Below, piece by piece: positions 10,701 through 17,992 of a DNA stretch of 61,425 nucleotides. The DNA comes from an uncultured bacterium (GTDB lineage: Bacteria > UBA8481). Position 1 is the stretch's first letter, and the number at the start of each line of letters is the position of its first letter. Location of the stretch: assembly GCA_964499705.1 (NCBI GenBank), contig CAZCME010000005.1, positions 186,001 to 247,425 of the forward strand. The letters run 5' to 3'. Both the position numbers and the translations under genes were made by a program. The notes beneath the pieces were generated by a model. It saw only the letters and a list, made by a program, of their open reading frames with translations. It searched no databases and was not told the origin of the DNA.

Positions 10701-13700
10701 GTCTCGGGCAGAAACGACAATCCGCCCCCTGATCCGAACATGATGGGCGGCGACTTGCAGGGGCTTATGGATTCCATGACCTATTTCAATACCATGGGAT
10801 TCAACTGCATCTACATGAGCCCGGTCTGCGACTTCGGCGGAGGCGCCTGGGGATATAACCAGAGCGACCTCTACGCGGTGCAATATTCGTTCGCCGATCC
10901 GAGCGCCAGGTGGCGCCGCCTGCAATCGGTCGTAGAGCTTGCCAAGAAGGCCAGGAATCACAATATCAGGCTCGCCATGGACTGGGTGCCCGGCCAGATC
11001 TACCAGGGGCGCACCACGACGAATCACCCCGACATCATCAACGGGAAGCGATTTGGCGGCGAGCGCGTGCGGGAGGACTGGGCATCCGCGCGACAATTCT
11101 TCGTCGACCATTCGCTCACGTGGGCCGCGCTCGGCATCGTGGCGCTTCGCGCCGACAACACGAAGTTCTATCAGCCGGACGATATTCCCAACAATGGACT
11201 GCCGTTCTACCGCTACATGAGGAAGAAGTGGAACGAGGTCTACCCCCAGATCTACGTCTTCGGTGAACAACCTGGAGGCGCTTCCGATCTCGCCGCGTAC
11301 GTCAATGACGGAGCGCGCATGAATGGGCAGCTCGATTTCCCCATCCGTGAAAACATCAATGCATGGGTGAATGGCGGCACCACGGCCAACCTGATCTCTG
11401 GATTCACCGGCAACGAGGCCACCTATGGCGCGAAGGCGCTGATGGCGGGCTTCATCGAAAACCATGACCACAGCCGTACCTATCACAACATGGGTGGCGG
11501 CGGGGATAATGACGGCTTCAAGAGCGGCGGCGTGATGTCGAATATCCGCGCCGGCTATATGTTCTGCGCGCTGAACTCGCAGCCGCCGGTCTTCTTCTAC
11601 GGCGATGAAGTGCCGATCACGGGATGGAACAGCGGGACGTATCCATTTCCGCCGGCCCAGTTCAACGTAGGAACCGAGCTGCAGGGGCAGACGCGCGTCA
11701 TGCCTTGGAACTGGCCGGACGGCACGTGGTTGCGCGACGCCATCGCGGACTACTACACGGCGCGCTGCGTCTTCCCGGAGATGCGCGGATCGAACGCGAA
11801 CCGCAACCTGAGTCAGGCGCCGGTTGACGATCGGTTCATGCGCTATCGCCGTGGAACAGGCGATCAGCAGCGCGTGGTCGGCTATGTTAATAAGTCAGGT
11901 GGTTCCGTCGCCGGCATCACGATCGACCTCGAAAACGGATCCACATTCAGGGACTGGCTGTATCCGACCGACGCCGTCGTCGGAGCAACCCCCACCACTA
12001 GCATTTCGGACAAAGGGCGCCTCTGGATCCAGGCCGGCTTCGGGCGTTACGCGATCAACATTAATGCGGGCGAGCCTGGCGTCATCTGTTCCATCGACAA
12101 CAACACCGCATGGACCAGTATCACCGGCACCGATGGCAAGTGCTGGCTCACTCGCGTGATGACTGCGGAGTTCGGCGGTGCCGGCGTGGAGAACCGCACG
12201 CTCTACTGGTGGAAACCCGGCTACACCGTTCATTCGCGCGTCATACACCTTCCGACAGGCGGCGGCGATCTCGGAACCCTCGGCGGCGGCGAAACCACGG
12301 TTTCCTTCGTTACTCCCGATGTCAACGGACCGCCGATCCCCACGGGCCTTTCAGCGGTAACACGCGATCGAGCGATCTGGTTGAAATGGGAACCCGTGAC
12401 CGACTACACGTCAGAAGATCCTCAGAATCATGTGACGTATCGCGTCTATAGATCGCGCACCTCGAACGATGCCAACGCCGAATGGATCATTGAAACTCTC
12501 CAGCCCTGGTATTACGACAGCAACAACGACGATTTCCTCACGAACGGCGACACCTATTACTATCGCATCAGGGCCGTGGACCGGAACGGCAACCTCTCCG
12601 GCTGGTCGCCCGAGGCCGTGGCTGTCCCGAATCTCTGCACCGTGAAGTTCTACTTCACGACCGAGGGCGCATGGACTGGCACTCCGTCCTCGGTGAAGAT
12701 TGCCGGCAATCTTGCGGCTCTCGGCAACTGGGCTCCCATCACCATGACCATGCTCGACACGAGCCTCTGGTATTTCGAGTGTCAGATGGATCCCACCATC
12801 ATGCCGGAATACAAGTTCCTGATCAACGACGGCTGGGAGTGGGATAACATCTTCTACTCGAACGATGTCAGCTACGATCGTCACGGCCGGCCGCGCCTCA
12901 TCAAGATCGTGGACCATACCGGCAACCGCGTTGCGGTCTTCACGAACAAGTACAACGTCGATGGTGACGTCGCGCCGCGGAAGGTCAAGAACGCGGTGGC
13001 CACCGCCAATGACACGTTTATCTCGGTCGGTTGGACTCCGAATCTGGAAGCGGATGTCAACCGCTACATCATCCGACGCTCCCCGGATGGATCCACATGG
13101 ACCGAAATCGGGGACGCCGCCATTTCACAGAACACTTATACGGACACAGCGGTCACGCCGGGAACATGGTATTATCAGGTTCGCGCCGTCGACTGGTGGA
13201 ACCAGGGCGGCGACTGGTCCACGACCACCTCGGCCGCGCTCGTCTCATCTGACGTCACGCCTCCGTCACAGCCTCAAAGCCTGACGCTGGCTCCCGTGGA
13301 TACCGGCAGCATCTACATCACATGGGCCGCCAACTCCGAGGGGGATATGGCCGGATACTACCTCTTCCGCAGCAGCACAGACGCGACCGTCCCCATGACG
13401 CTGGCCAACCGTGTCAGCCCCTCGCTCATCGTCCCCTCTCTCTCTCCGACATTCACCGACACCGGAGTTACGTCCGGAGTTCAGTATTGGTATCGTCTGT
13501 CCGCCGTTGATTATTCGGGCAACATCTCCACTCCCTCCGACACGGTCGGCGCTTACATCGTCGCCCTGACCCTCTCGTGCGATCTGGCCAATATCTCCGG
13601 CAACATTGAATTAACGGGCAATGTTCGTTCATTCGGTCCTTCCCCCAATCTCGTGACCATGCCCGTTCTCAGCGGAACCGTTCGGCAGAAAACCTTCGGC

Positions 13701-14210
13701 GTCTTTGCCGGCCAGACTCTGCAGTATCGATATTCTTACGGCAACGGAGCCACGAGCGAGGGAGTCTTCAACACCGGATCCCAGAAGAGGGAATACGTGC
13801 CGGCTCAGATTCCGACCATTACGCTCAACCAGGACTGGGAGGATGCCCCCGCCGGAGTGCAGAATCCCGTGGGATTCGCCGGCCATCAATCGGCTTATCT
13901 GCAATGGACCAATGACTCGAGCGTGGACGTGGTGGGGTATTACGTCGAGCGCGCCAGTTCGACGGATACCGTCTATACGCGCATCACGCCCAATATCCTG
14001 ACCTCCGCCTACTACCTGGACTCAGGTCTCACCAATGGGGAAACCTATCACTACCTGGTCCGGTCCGTCGACGGCGGAAACATCCAGTTGCAGAGCCCGG
14101 TAACTCGCGCCATCCAGGTCACCCCCGTCGCGCCGATCTGGATCCGCTTCCGCGTGGATGCGGAACCCGTGGATCGACCCAGAATCGCGGCCCGGAGAAT
14201 CATCAGATGA
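4764..14210 (+). CDS. Giant (~3,150 aa) exported multidomain GH13 alpha-amylase/amylopullulanase-like protein with DOMON-like, FN3 and CBM20-like modules
   Basis: ATG 4764 gives a clean signal peptide (MRNFTAKLSLISLSAFTLALIFPSPASA). GH13 core at ~10670-11850 (YNVFIDRF, GGDLQG, LRADNTK, FGEQ, FIENHDH). Repeated YLTWD..LY-type DOMON-like modules; FN3 YYYRIRAVD motifs; CBM20-like VKIAGNLAALGNW...EYKF. Confidence 0.85.
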   Translation: MRNFTAKLSLISLSAFTLALIFPSPASALASIRVTGSFNGFSINDTAMSTGTGPDAGRWKLTAQIFYTSAASDTAWKFVAPVGSWATDHWGGNGAGADIAMPAFNTIFAANHNGGAGAESGKWTGAWDSNKWYTFRFADAGSASTNATVMQTDNAPISISTVTPATTPYAYIPARVNVTISGAKSQQEKVIVRYTVNGWITSDTVLCDSTAATAYYADIPGFAAGTKVIYYVLTSTAATSTDWDLQTLAYNTNGGSNYTYTVLPPNVTHHTVYPPTGVYGRYGGGSQFAGSERVRTTAGATAYLTWDTNNIYAAFTGGTGNTDSYIVMVDTNPGIASGALPTDTYAGRGYWGNTFRPDVAFTAASSVLRRQAANTAGTWQIPTDVTASCTSLFGYDSGAGAADSIVIGIPRSLVGLANPTDSAAFWIYAVSSPSTVWAIFDSTTDGKLYTTGTDSGMILFETSSIPSAPPSPIAPTDGQTTVASRRPTISWNVATPGDPADSIIDYYFEIATDSNFSDTTSFPLEVGWRGATNSITCTTTLAANTWYYWRVKAKETGGGVGSFSSSWSFKINTIIAVDGSLTDWNSTEKFPTLNANGFYLTWDSTYLYGAWDRGTTFETTDVVFMYIDTAAGGSSSAINWNGGGSHLLPFSADIEINYRQRNLSQDFDYQVWNGAGWTFKDTAGTEYKNGTTNVLEWSVPWSIIGPATTQFKVIMYVENEYNSNYMFSPAPATNPQGAAPQEFSAYLQFDRSTMNSSSNDRYYYRSSRTWQAEAPSPASFSPIVDGIKDAAWGNTPSATSSSYRLPAPGYGDTNPPMTVAAGGLCRDVYVTNDAQWLYIGWQATGDVFALDEPGQTAQSAHYGFAITDTSSYGSPQDPWKSGGTTFVSGYGADVWTNLFANFNVTTYSDCNRYTTLGAAWNVSAITVANQDYGGYLPSIAQGWGEIRIPLSNISPTLRIGDSIAIIHYSRHNGSKGGADDATPFISSGTSDWAVSNAHLQFRDTAVIVYAIKRGVIDASHIPDTTPVQGLRLMRYPETTTVGVPANLLLKAKPTGIVTSATVIYSTDSGGAWTSVALAEEVTSGEATYWSGFLPSFVKDSIVLYYFAINSSQMTTYLYGADTWSVPTASQATAIANPFRFSISNAAPTPPTSVDITPRVPTGNDTLVVTTSGGADSDAVDLLRYTFSWYRNGVFQFSSVDSYAPYTSEVSPALTSAGDTWSVLVTLSDGWDTTASVSGPIVRISTMAVWSGALPSEANRATQSTTGGITEWIWRDRTGEAFGATDAYDLREVRVQADTTYMYFLFRMGSYPLDGVHVAVAIDTTNGSPGGNEIGDQTSTLLDSGILSPPMRYERQFIVHAVTPGSLSVELDTAAGAGNNWISPPGGSVISADPVAGLVEVRLSRADLMLNGTCTPRFAFATFGNFLGAAATANTSGFTGYSNPSDVLDAVSRTKTGLNDTRHFTIGSTEDFDDADLDFAPQINLWDTSVAPNMPPGSTPLELPATGDTVYSNPPTLTWSTPADTDAGDTIIAYIVEFADSGTPLDGNVLYRVSIAASGLTLYSIPDFIPDSIYYTWRVRPVDRAGNIGEGAPQTFFLHDATSILVNSPTDLQNMNNMRRMNGDEVAGTTIRWNWVGATHSDSAPITAYVIQIDTSTSFTSPIDSRTLPNTARLYTWTSAQRGYTYYARILAYDTGTGIGTSPTSDGIYVSRREVNGDSSDWAPTGGYAFLSANLNASYAEGIWTDSNGDQRGDVANSTSRDIVQFQVTADPYNLYFLVPTTAFVDGATLGQIAISYENSSDVRAFQGNGTYSEDSFTTTKWAWENLVRWRTGNDDCFAMNTYYTATPARYTENTSSKYVELCVPFSAIGGSDNILGRQVAFTVASFYNNGGAVGTNGAGNSNVVDAVSSGLSTWPDEVNGSDPIVNYTLLTTFDTGGRVTAFSGGLETASYTPNLPTQNGDPVQSQLDLIMYNVFIDRFVSGRNDNPPPDPNMMGGDLQGLMDSMTYFNTMGFNCIYMSPVCDFGGGAWGYNQSDLYAVQYSFADPSARWRRLQSVVELAKKARNHNIRLAMDWVPGQIYQGRTTTNHPDIINGKRFGGERVREDWASARQFFVDHSLTWAALGIVALRADNTKFYQPDDIPNNGLPFYRYMRKKWNEVYPQIYVFGEQPGGASDLAAYVNDGARMNGQLDFPIRENINAWVNGGTTANLISGFTGNEATYGAKALMAGFIENHDHSRTYHNMGGGGDNDGFKSGGVMSNIRAGYMFCALNSQPPVFFYGDEVPITGWNSGTYPFPPAQFNVGTELQGQTRVMPWNWPDGTWLRDAIADYYTARCVFPEMRGSNANRNLSQAPVDDRFMRYRRGTGDQQRVVGYVNKSGGSVAGITIDLENGSTFRDWLYPTDAVVGATPTTSISDKGRLWIQAGFGRYAININAGEPGVICSIDNNTAWTSITGTDGKCWLTRVMTAEFGGAGVENRTLYWWKPGYTVHSRVIHLPTGGGDLGTLGGGETTVSFVTPDVNGPPIPTGLSAVTRDRAIWLKWEPVTDYTSEDPQNHVTYRVYRSRTSNDANAEWIIETLQPWYYDSNNDDFLTNGDTYYYRIRAVDRNGNLSGWSPEAVAVPNLCTVKFYFTTEGAWTGTPSSVKIAGNLAALGNWAPITMTMLDTSLWYFECQMDPTIMPEYKFLINDGWEWDNIFYSNDVSYDRHGRPRLIKIVDHTGNRVAVFTNKYNVDGDVAPRKVKNAVATANDTFISVGWTPNLEADVNRYIIRRSPDGSTWTEIGDAAISQNTYTDTAVTPGTWYYQVRAVDWWNQGGDWSTTTSAALVSSDVTPPSQPQSLTLAPVDTGSIYITWAANSEGDMAGYYLFRSSTDATVPMTLANRVSPSLIVPSLSPTFTDTGVTSGVQYWYRLSAVDYSGNISTPSDTVGAYIVALTLSCDLANISGNIELTGNVRSFGPSPNLVTMPVLSGTVRQKTFGVFAGQTLQYRYSYGNGATSEGVFNTGSQKREYVPAQIPTITLNQDWEDAPAGVQNPVGFAGHQSAYLQWTNDSSVDVVGYYVERASSTDTVYTRITPNILTSAYYLDSGLTNGETYHYLVRSVDGGNIQLQSPVTRAIQVTPVAPIWIRFRVDAEPVDRPRIAARRIIR

Positions 14211-15304
14211 TCCGTAAACCTCGAATCGCCATTCGCCACATCCGGAGCGCGATTCTCATCGTGTTTACTATCGCCGTCACCTGCCTCCCCGTTCTCGCCG
14301 AAACTCTCGTGGGCCGCGACAGCTGGGGCGTGGCCCCCAAATACATCGCCATCCAACCCGGTACGACCGTCTCGGTCTGGAGCACGGCGGACAGGGCGCA
14401 GATCACGGGCGGAGCCGTGGCGATGTCTCCTGTTGGGGATGGCACCTACGAATACATCGTCGGTCTCACCGCGGGACAATCCTACAACTACCTCTTCTAT
14501 ACCCGGCCCGGAGCCACAGCCATACAGGGGCTCCAGGCGGGAAACGAGTATTACGACATCGTTCCCACCATCGGGACCATCCGCTGTGGACGAAATGCTC
14601 CCCTGTATAATGACACTTCGGCCTATTATTCCTCCGTGAACTACGATGCGCGGCGCGTCCTGGCCGTCCCTTCCACCATGAATCCCGGAGAGACACTCTG
14701 GGTATTCAACAATTGGGGTGAAACTCCCGGAGTCATATCCGGTTTCACCGGCAATGGCGAAGGCGATACCAGCATTCGCCTCAACTGGACGGGCACCTAC
14801 GGCTTCTGGGGCACCGGCGGCGAGGCGTTCAAGTCGGCGGATGTCCTGGCCGGAGGTATGATCGAGATCTATCGATCCGCTTCACCGCTGACCGGCTACG
14901 CGCTTCGCGATACCGTCACGGGCGGTTCCACAACTTACCTCGATACGAATCTCGCGCCCGGAAGCTACTATTACATGGTGCGCGCGCTCGACGCCTATAA
15001 AGGTCTCGGATACGCAAGCGACTCCTACCGCACTTTGCGGGGCGGGTCCGACTCCCCCGTGGTCAATACCTACATTCAATGCACCACCGCCCTTTCGATC
15101 CGCAGTTTCTTCATCGTCCAGGGCGGTGACTGGGATTACATCAAGGATCATAACTACCGGGCGTGGTTTTCAGAGAGCACCGGCGATCCCTGGTGTGAAA
15201 AATTCCCGGCGACCATCGCCGTCGTCACTCTTCCGGATCGACGCAAAAACGGGACTGACGTTCCGACGAATCAGAACATCGCAAGTCTGAACCCGCAGCG
15301 TTAA
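14207..15304 (+). CDS. Exported protein with CBM-like N-terminal segment and FN3 domain, translationally coupled to the giant GH13
   Basis: ATGA overlap; signal peptide; MSPVGDGTYEYIVGLTAGQSYNYLF (CBM-like); IEIYRS...YLDTNL...YYYMVRALD (FN3). Confidence 0.7.
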   Translation: MIRKPRIAIRHIRSAILIVFTIAVTCLPVLAETLVGRDSWGVAPKYIAIQPGTTVSVWSTADRAQITGGAVAMSPVGDGTYEYIVGLTAGQSYNYLFYTRPGATAIQGLQAGNEYYDIVPTIGTIRCGRNAPLYNDTSAYYSSVNYDARRVLAVPSTMNPGETLWVFNNWGETPGVISGFTGNGEGDTSIRLNWTGTYGFWGTGGEAFKSADVLAGGMIEIYRSASPLTGYALRDTVTGGSTTYLDTNLAPGSYYYMVRALDAYKGLGYASDSYRTLRGGSDSPVVNTYIQCTTALSIRSFFIVQGGDWDYIKDHNYRAWFSESTGDPWCEKFPATIAVVTLPDRRKNGTDVPTNQNIASLNPQR

Positions 15305-15903
15305 CTTTTCTTCTGCTTCCTCACCGCCACCATGATCCTTGTTCCCAGCAGCACCGCGACAGCGCTCCCATACACCACCGGCTGCGTCACGTCGCTCTTC
15401 ATGCGCATGAAGAAATGCACCGCTCCCAGGATGACGATCACATACGCCAGCTTGTGAAGCTTCTGCCACCTTTTTCCCAATCGACGCACCCATCCTGATG
15501 TGGATGTCACCGCCAGCGGCACAAGCATGCAGAAAGCCAGAAAGCCGATGATGATGAAGGGCCGCGAGAACACATCCTCCACGATGACCGGGAGATCGAA
15601 GACCTGGTCGAGAGCCACGTATGTCAGAAGGTGCAGGCAGGCGTAGAAAAAACCGTACAGCCCCAGCATCTTCCGGAGCCGCAGCGGCCAGGTCCAGCCC
15701 GTCCAAGTCTTCACCGGTGTGCAGGCCAGTGATGCGATGAGAAAAATGAGCGCGACGAGACCGAACTGGTTCAGCGCGGTCGATATGGGATTGGCGCCGA
15801 GCGTTCCCGAAAGCCCGCGCCACGAGAGGACGACGAGCGGCGTCAGGGATCCCACGAATACGCCCGGCTTCAACCAGGTCAGGGGAACAGCCTTCTTAAT
15901 CAT
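15301..15903 (-). CDS. msrQ: Methionine sulfoxide reductase heme-binding membrane subunit
   Basis: Motifs LGANP, LACTP, RKMLGLYGFFYACLH, LAVTS and WQKLHKLAY; directly follows msrP. Confidence 0.93.
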   Translation of the reverse strand: MIKKAVPLTWLKPGVFVGSLTPLVVLSWRGLSGTLGANPISTALNQFGLVALIFLIASLACTPVKTWTGWTWPLRLRKMLGLYGFFYACLHLLTYVALDQVFDLPVIVEDVFSRPFIIIGFLAFCMLVPLAVTSTSGWVRRLGKRWQKLHKLAYVIVILGAVHFFMRMKSDVTQPVVYGSAVAVLLGTRIMVAVRKQKKS

Positions 15904-15906
15904 GAC

Positions 15907-16905
15907 TCAGTAATTAACCTTCAGATCCATCCCCGCATACATCGCCGCCACGTCCGCTCCATACCCGTTGAACGGCAGCGTCGCCCGGCGCGTCCACTCC
16001 CCGATCCGCCGCTCGCTCGCCTGGCTCCACCGCGGATGCGGGACGTCCGGATTCACGTTCGCGTAGAATCCATATTCGCGCGGCGCCGTCTTGTTCCACG
16101 TCGTCGGCGGCTGCTCTTCGGTGAACCGGATCGAGACGATCGACTTGATCCCCTTGAATCCGTATTTCCATGGAACGACCAGGCGAATCGGAGCTCCATT
16201 CTGGTTCGGCAGAACTTTGCCGTACAACCCTACCGCCAACAGTGTCAACGGGTTCATCGCCTCATCCAGTCGCAACCCTTCCACGTACGGCCAGTCCAGC
16301 GAGCCGCCCTTCTGACCCGGCATCTGATCGGGATCGTGGAGCGTCGTGAATGCGACATACTTCGCCCGAGAGGTCGGTTCCAGTTTCTTCAACAGGTCTC
16401 CTAGGGAATATCCCACCCATGGTATCACCATTGACCACGCTTCGACGCACCGCATCCGATACACGCGCTCCTCCAGCGGAAACCACTTTACTAGCTGATC
16501 GATGTCGATGACCTGGGGCTTTGCGCACTCCCCTTCCACGGTAATCGTCCACGGGCGCGGCTGCAGCGTCGATGCATAAGCCGCGGGATCGCTCTTGTCG
16601 ATCCCGAACTCGTAGAAATTGTTGTAAGCGGTTACATCCTTATAGGGAGTCTTATCCTCGCCTGGATCCCATTTCGTATTCTTGACAATATCTCCCATCA
16701 CATCGCCCGATCCCACCGCCGCTTCTTCCGGCGCATCGATGGAATTCGGTCCGATCTTCATAAGCCCCAGGAGCCCCGTGCCCGTCAGCGCCGCCGTCCC
16801 CGCCATCAAGGCCGCATTCTTCATGAACGCCCGGCGCGCCTGGTACACGCCTTCCGGCGTGATCTCGGATGAGGACGGAGGTTTCGTCTGGACAGGTTCA
16901 GCCAT
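15907..16905 (-). CDS. msrP: Periplasmic molybdo-enzyme methionine sulfoxide reductase catalytic subunit
   Basis: SEITPE N-terminus, Tat motif [38 protein letters not shown] and [10 protein letters not shown]. Confidence 0.96.
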   Translation of the reverse strand: MAEPVQTKPPSSSEITPEGVYQARRAFMKNAALMAGTAALTGTGLLGLMKIGPNSIDAPEEAAVGSGDVMGDIVKNTKWDPGEDKTPYKDVTAYNNFYEFGIDKSDPAAYASTLQPRPWTITVEGECAKPQVIDIDQLVKWFPLEERVYRMRCVEAWSMVIPWVGYSLGDLLKKLEPTSRAKYVAFTTLHDPDQMPGQKGGSLDWPYVEGLRLDEAMNPLTLLAVGLYGKVLPNQNGAPIRLVVPWKYGFKGIKSIVSIRFTEEQPPTTWNKTAPREYGFYANVNPDVPHPRWSQASERRIGEWTRRATLPFNGYGADVAAMYAGMDLKVNY

Positions 16906-16964
16906 GGTGTGTCATTTCAGTGGTCGCGCAACTGGTTCGGCTCTTACAAAGATCAAGAAGATCT

Positions 16965-17315
16965 TCACTCCATTTTCTTCACAGCGGACGACGCGGGGAT
17001 CTCAACGAGTATGCACCGCGACGTGGTGGACGGCATGGTCAGGATCCCGAAGGCTTCCGAGGATGTGATCCGCCGGCCATGAATGTCGGGCGACGTTATC
17101 GCATGAATGCTCAGCTTGCGGCCGGCCGTAGACTCCATTTCCGCTATCCGCACGCTTTCCGCGGGAACGGAATCAACAACACATATTGTCCGCGCCATCG
17201 CCAAGGCCATCTGAATCCTGTCCCACGTTCCGGCGGATGAATGCCTCGACCGAAATCGAAGCTTCTGCCGCGTCTTTTCGGCCTGGTAATCGGAAATGCG
17301 GCGGGCGATCGTCAT
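16965..17315 (-). CDS. Small hypothetical protein (116 aa)
   Basis: ATGA overlap with the upstream nucleotidyltransferase-like gene; fills the gap to msrP; no recognised motif. Confidence 0.55.
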   Translation of the reverse strand: MTIARRISDYQAEKTRQKLRFRSRHSSAGTWDRIQMALAMARTICVVDSVPAESVRIAEMESTAGRKLSIHAITSPDIHGRRITSSEAFGILTMPSTTSRCILVEIPASSAVKKME

Positions 17316-17992
17316 TCCAATTCAGCCAGAAAAGTCTTGAGCTCCGGAAGATCGCCTGGAAAATGAATGCGGTTCTGCTCGATCAGCAGTACGGCCTCGG
17401 CAAGCGTGATCCGTGCGTTGTACCGCCACTCCTCGCTCAATTTTTCGTAGATCGAGCGCGCTCCATTCAGCCGGGATGAAGCCAACGCAAGAACCAGAAC
17501 CTGCATATCTCGAAATCTCTTGATTCCCGTCCGTTCCGATACCATCTTTTCCACGGCAAAAGATTCCGAAGTCGCAACAGGCAGAACCAGGTCGTCCACG
17601 ATGATCCGCTCCGTCTGAATCAGGTTAAGTCCGCCGAAAATCACGTAGTTATCTCCAGAGTCCAGAACCGCATCCGGTTGTAAATCCTCCCGAATTCCAA
17701 GAAGATTGATTTCAAGATGCGTTTCCGGATCGCGAGGGGCCAGAATCGAAGGTTCGTCCCGCGATGCCTTCCATTGTGAGAGAGACCGGATGATGTCCGT
17801 ATCTCCTCGGCGAATGGCCGTATCGACATCCATGGTGACGAAGAGATCGCCCGGATCCCCTTTCGCCATGGCATGAATTCCCGGAACATTGGATCCGACA
17901 ATGACAATATCGTCGTTAAGAGCCGGCTGAAGGTCGCGAAGCGTATTCCTGAGTTTTTGAGCAAATGTTTCCCCGGAGCTCAGAACCGCCAC
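17312..17992 (-). CDS. Nucleotidyltransferase-fold protein (Pol-beta superfamily, AbiEii/GSU2403-like)
   Basis: IVIVGS...VTMDVD motif and a late EK....R...K..RD motif. Start is uncertain (GTG 17992, or CTG 17983 overlapping the upstream TGA). Confidence 0.6.
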   Translation of the reverse strand: MAVLSSGETFAQKLRNTLRDLQPALNDDIVIVGSNVPGIHAMAKGDPGDLFVTMDVDTAIRRGDTDIIRSLSQWKASRDEPSILAPRDPETHLEINLLGIREDLQPDAVLDSGDNYVIFGGLNLIQTERIIVDDLVLPVATSESFAVEKMVSERTGIKRFRDMQVLVLALASSRLNGARSIYEKLSEEWRYNARITLAEAVLLIEQNRIHFPGDLPELKTFLAELE

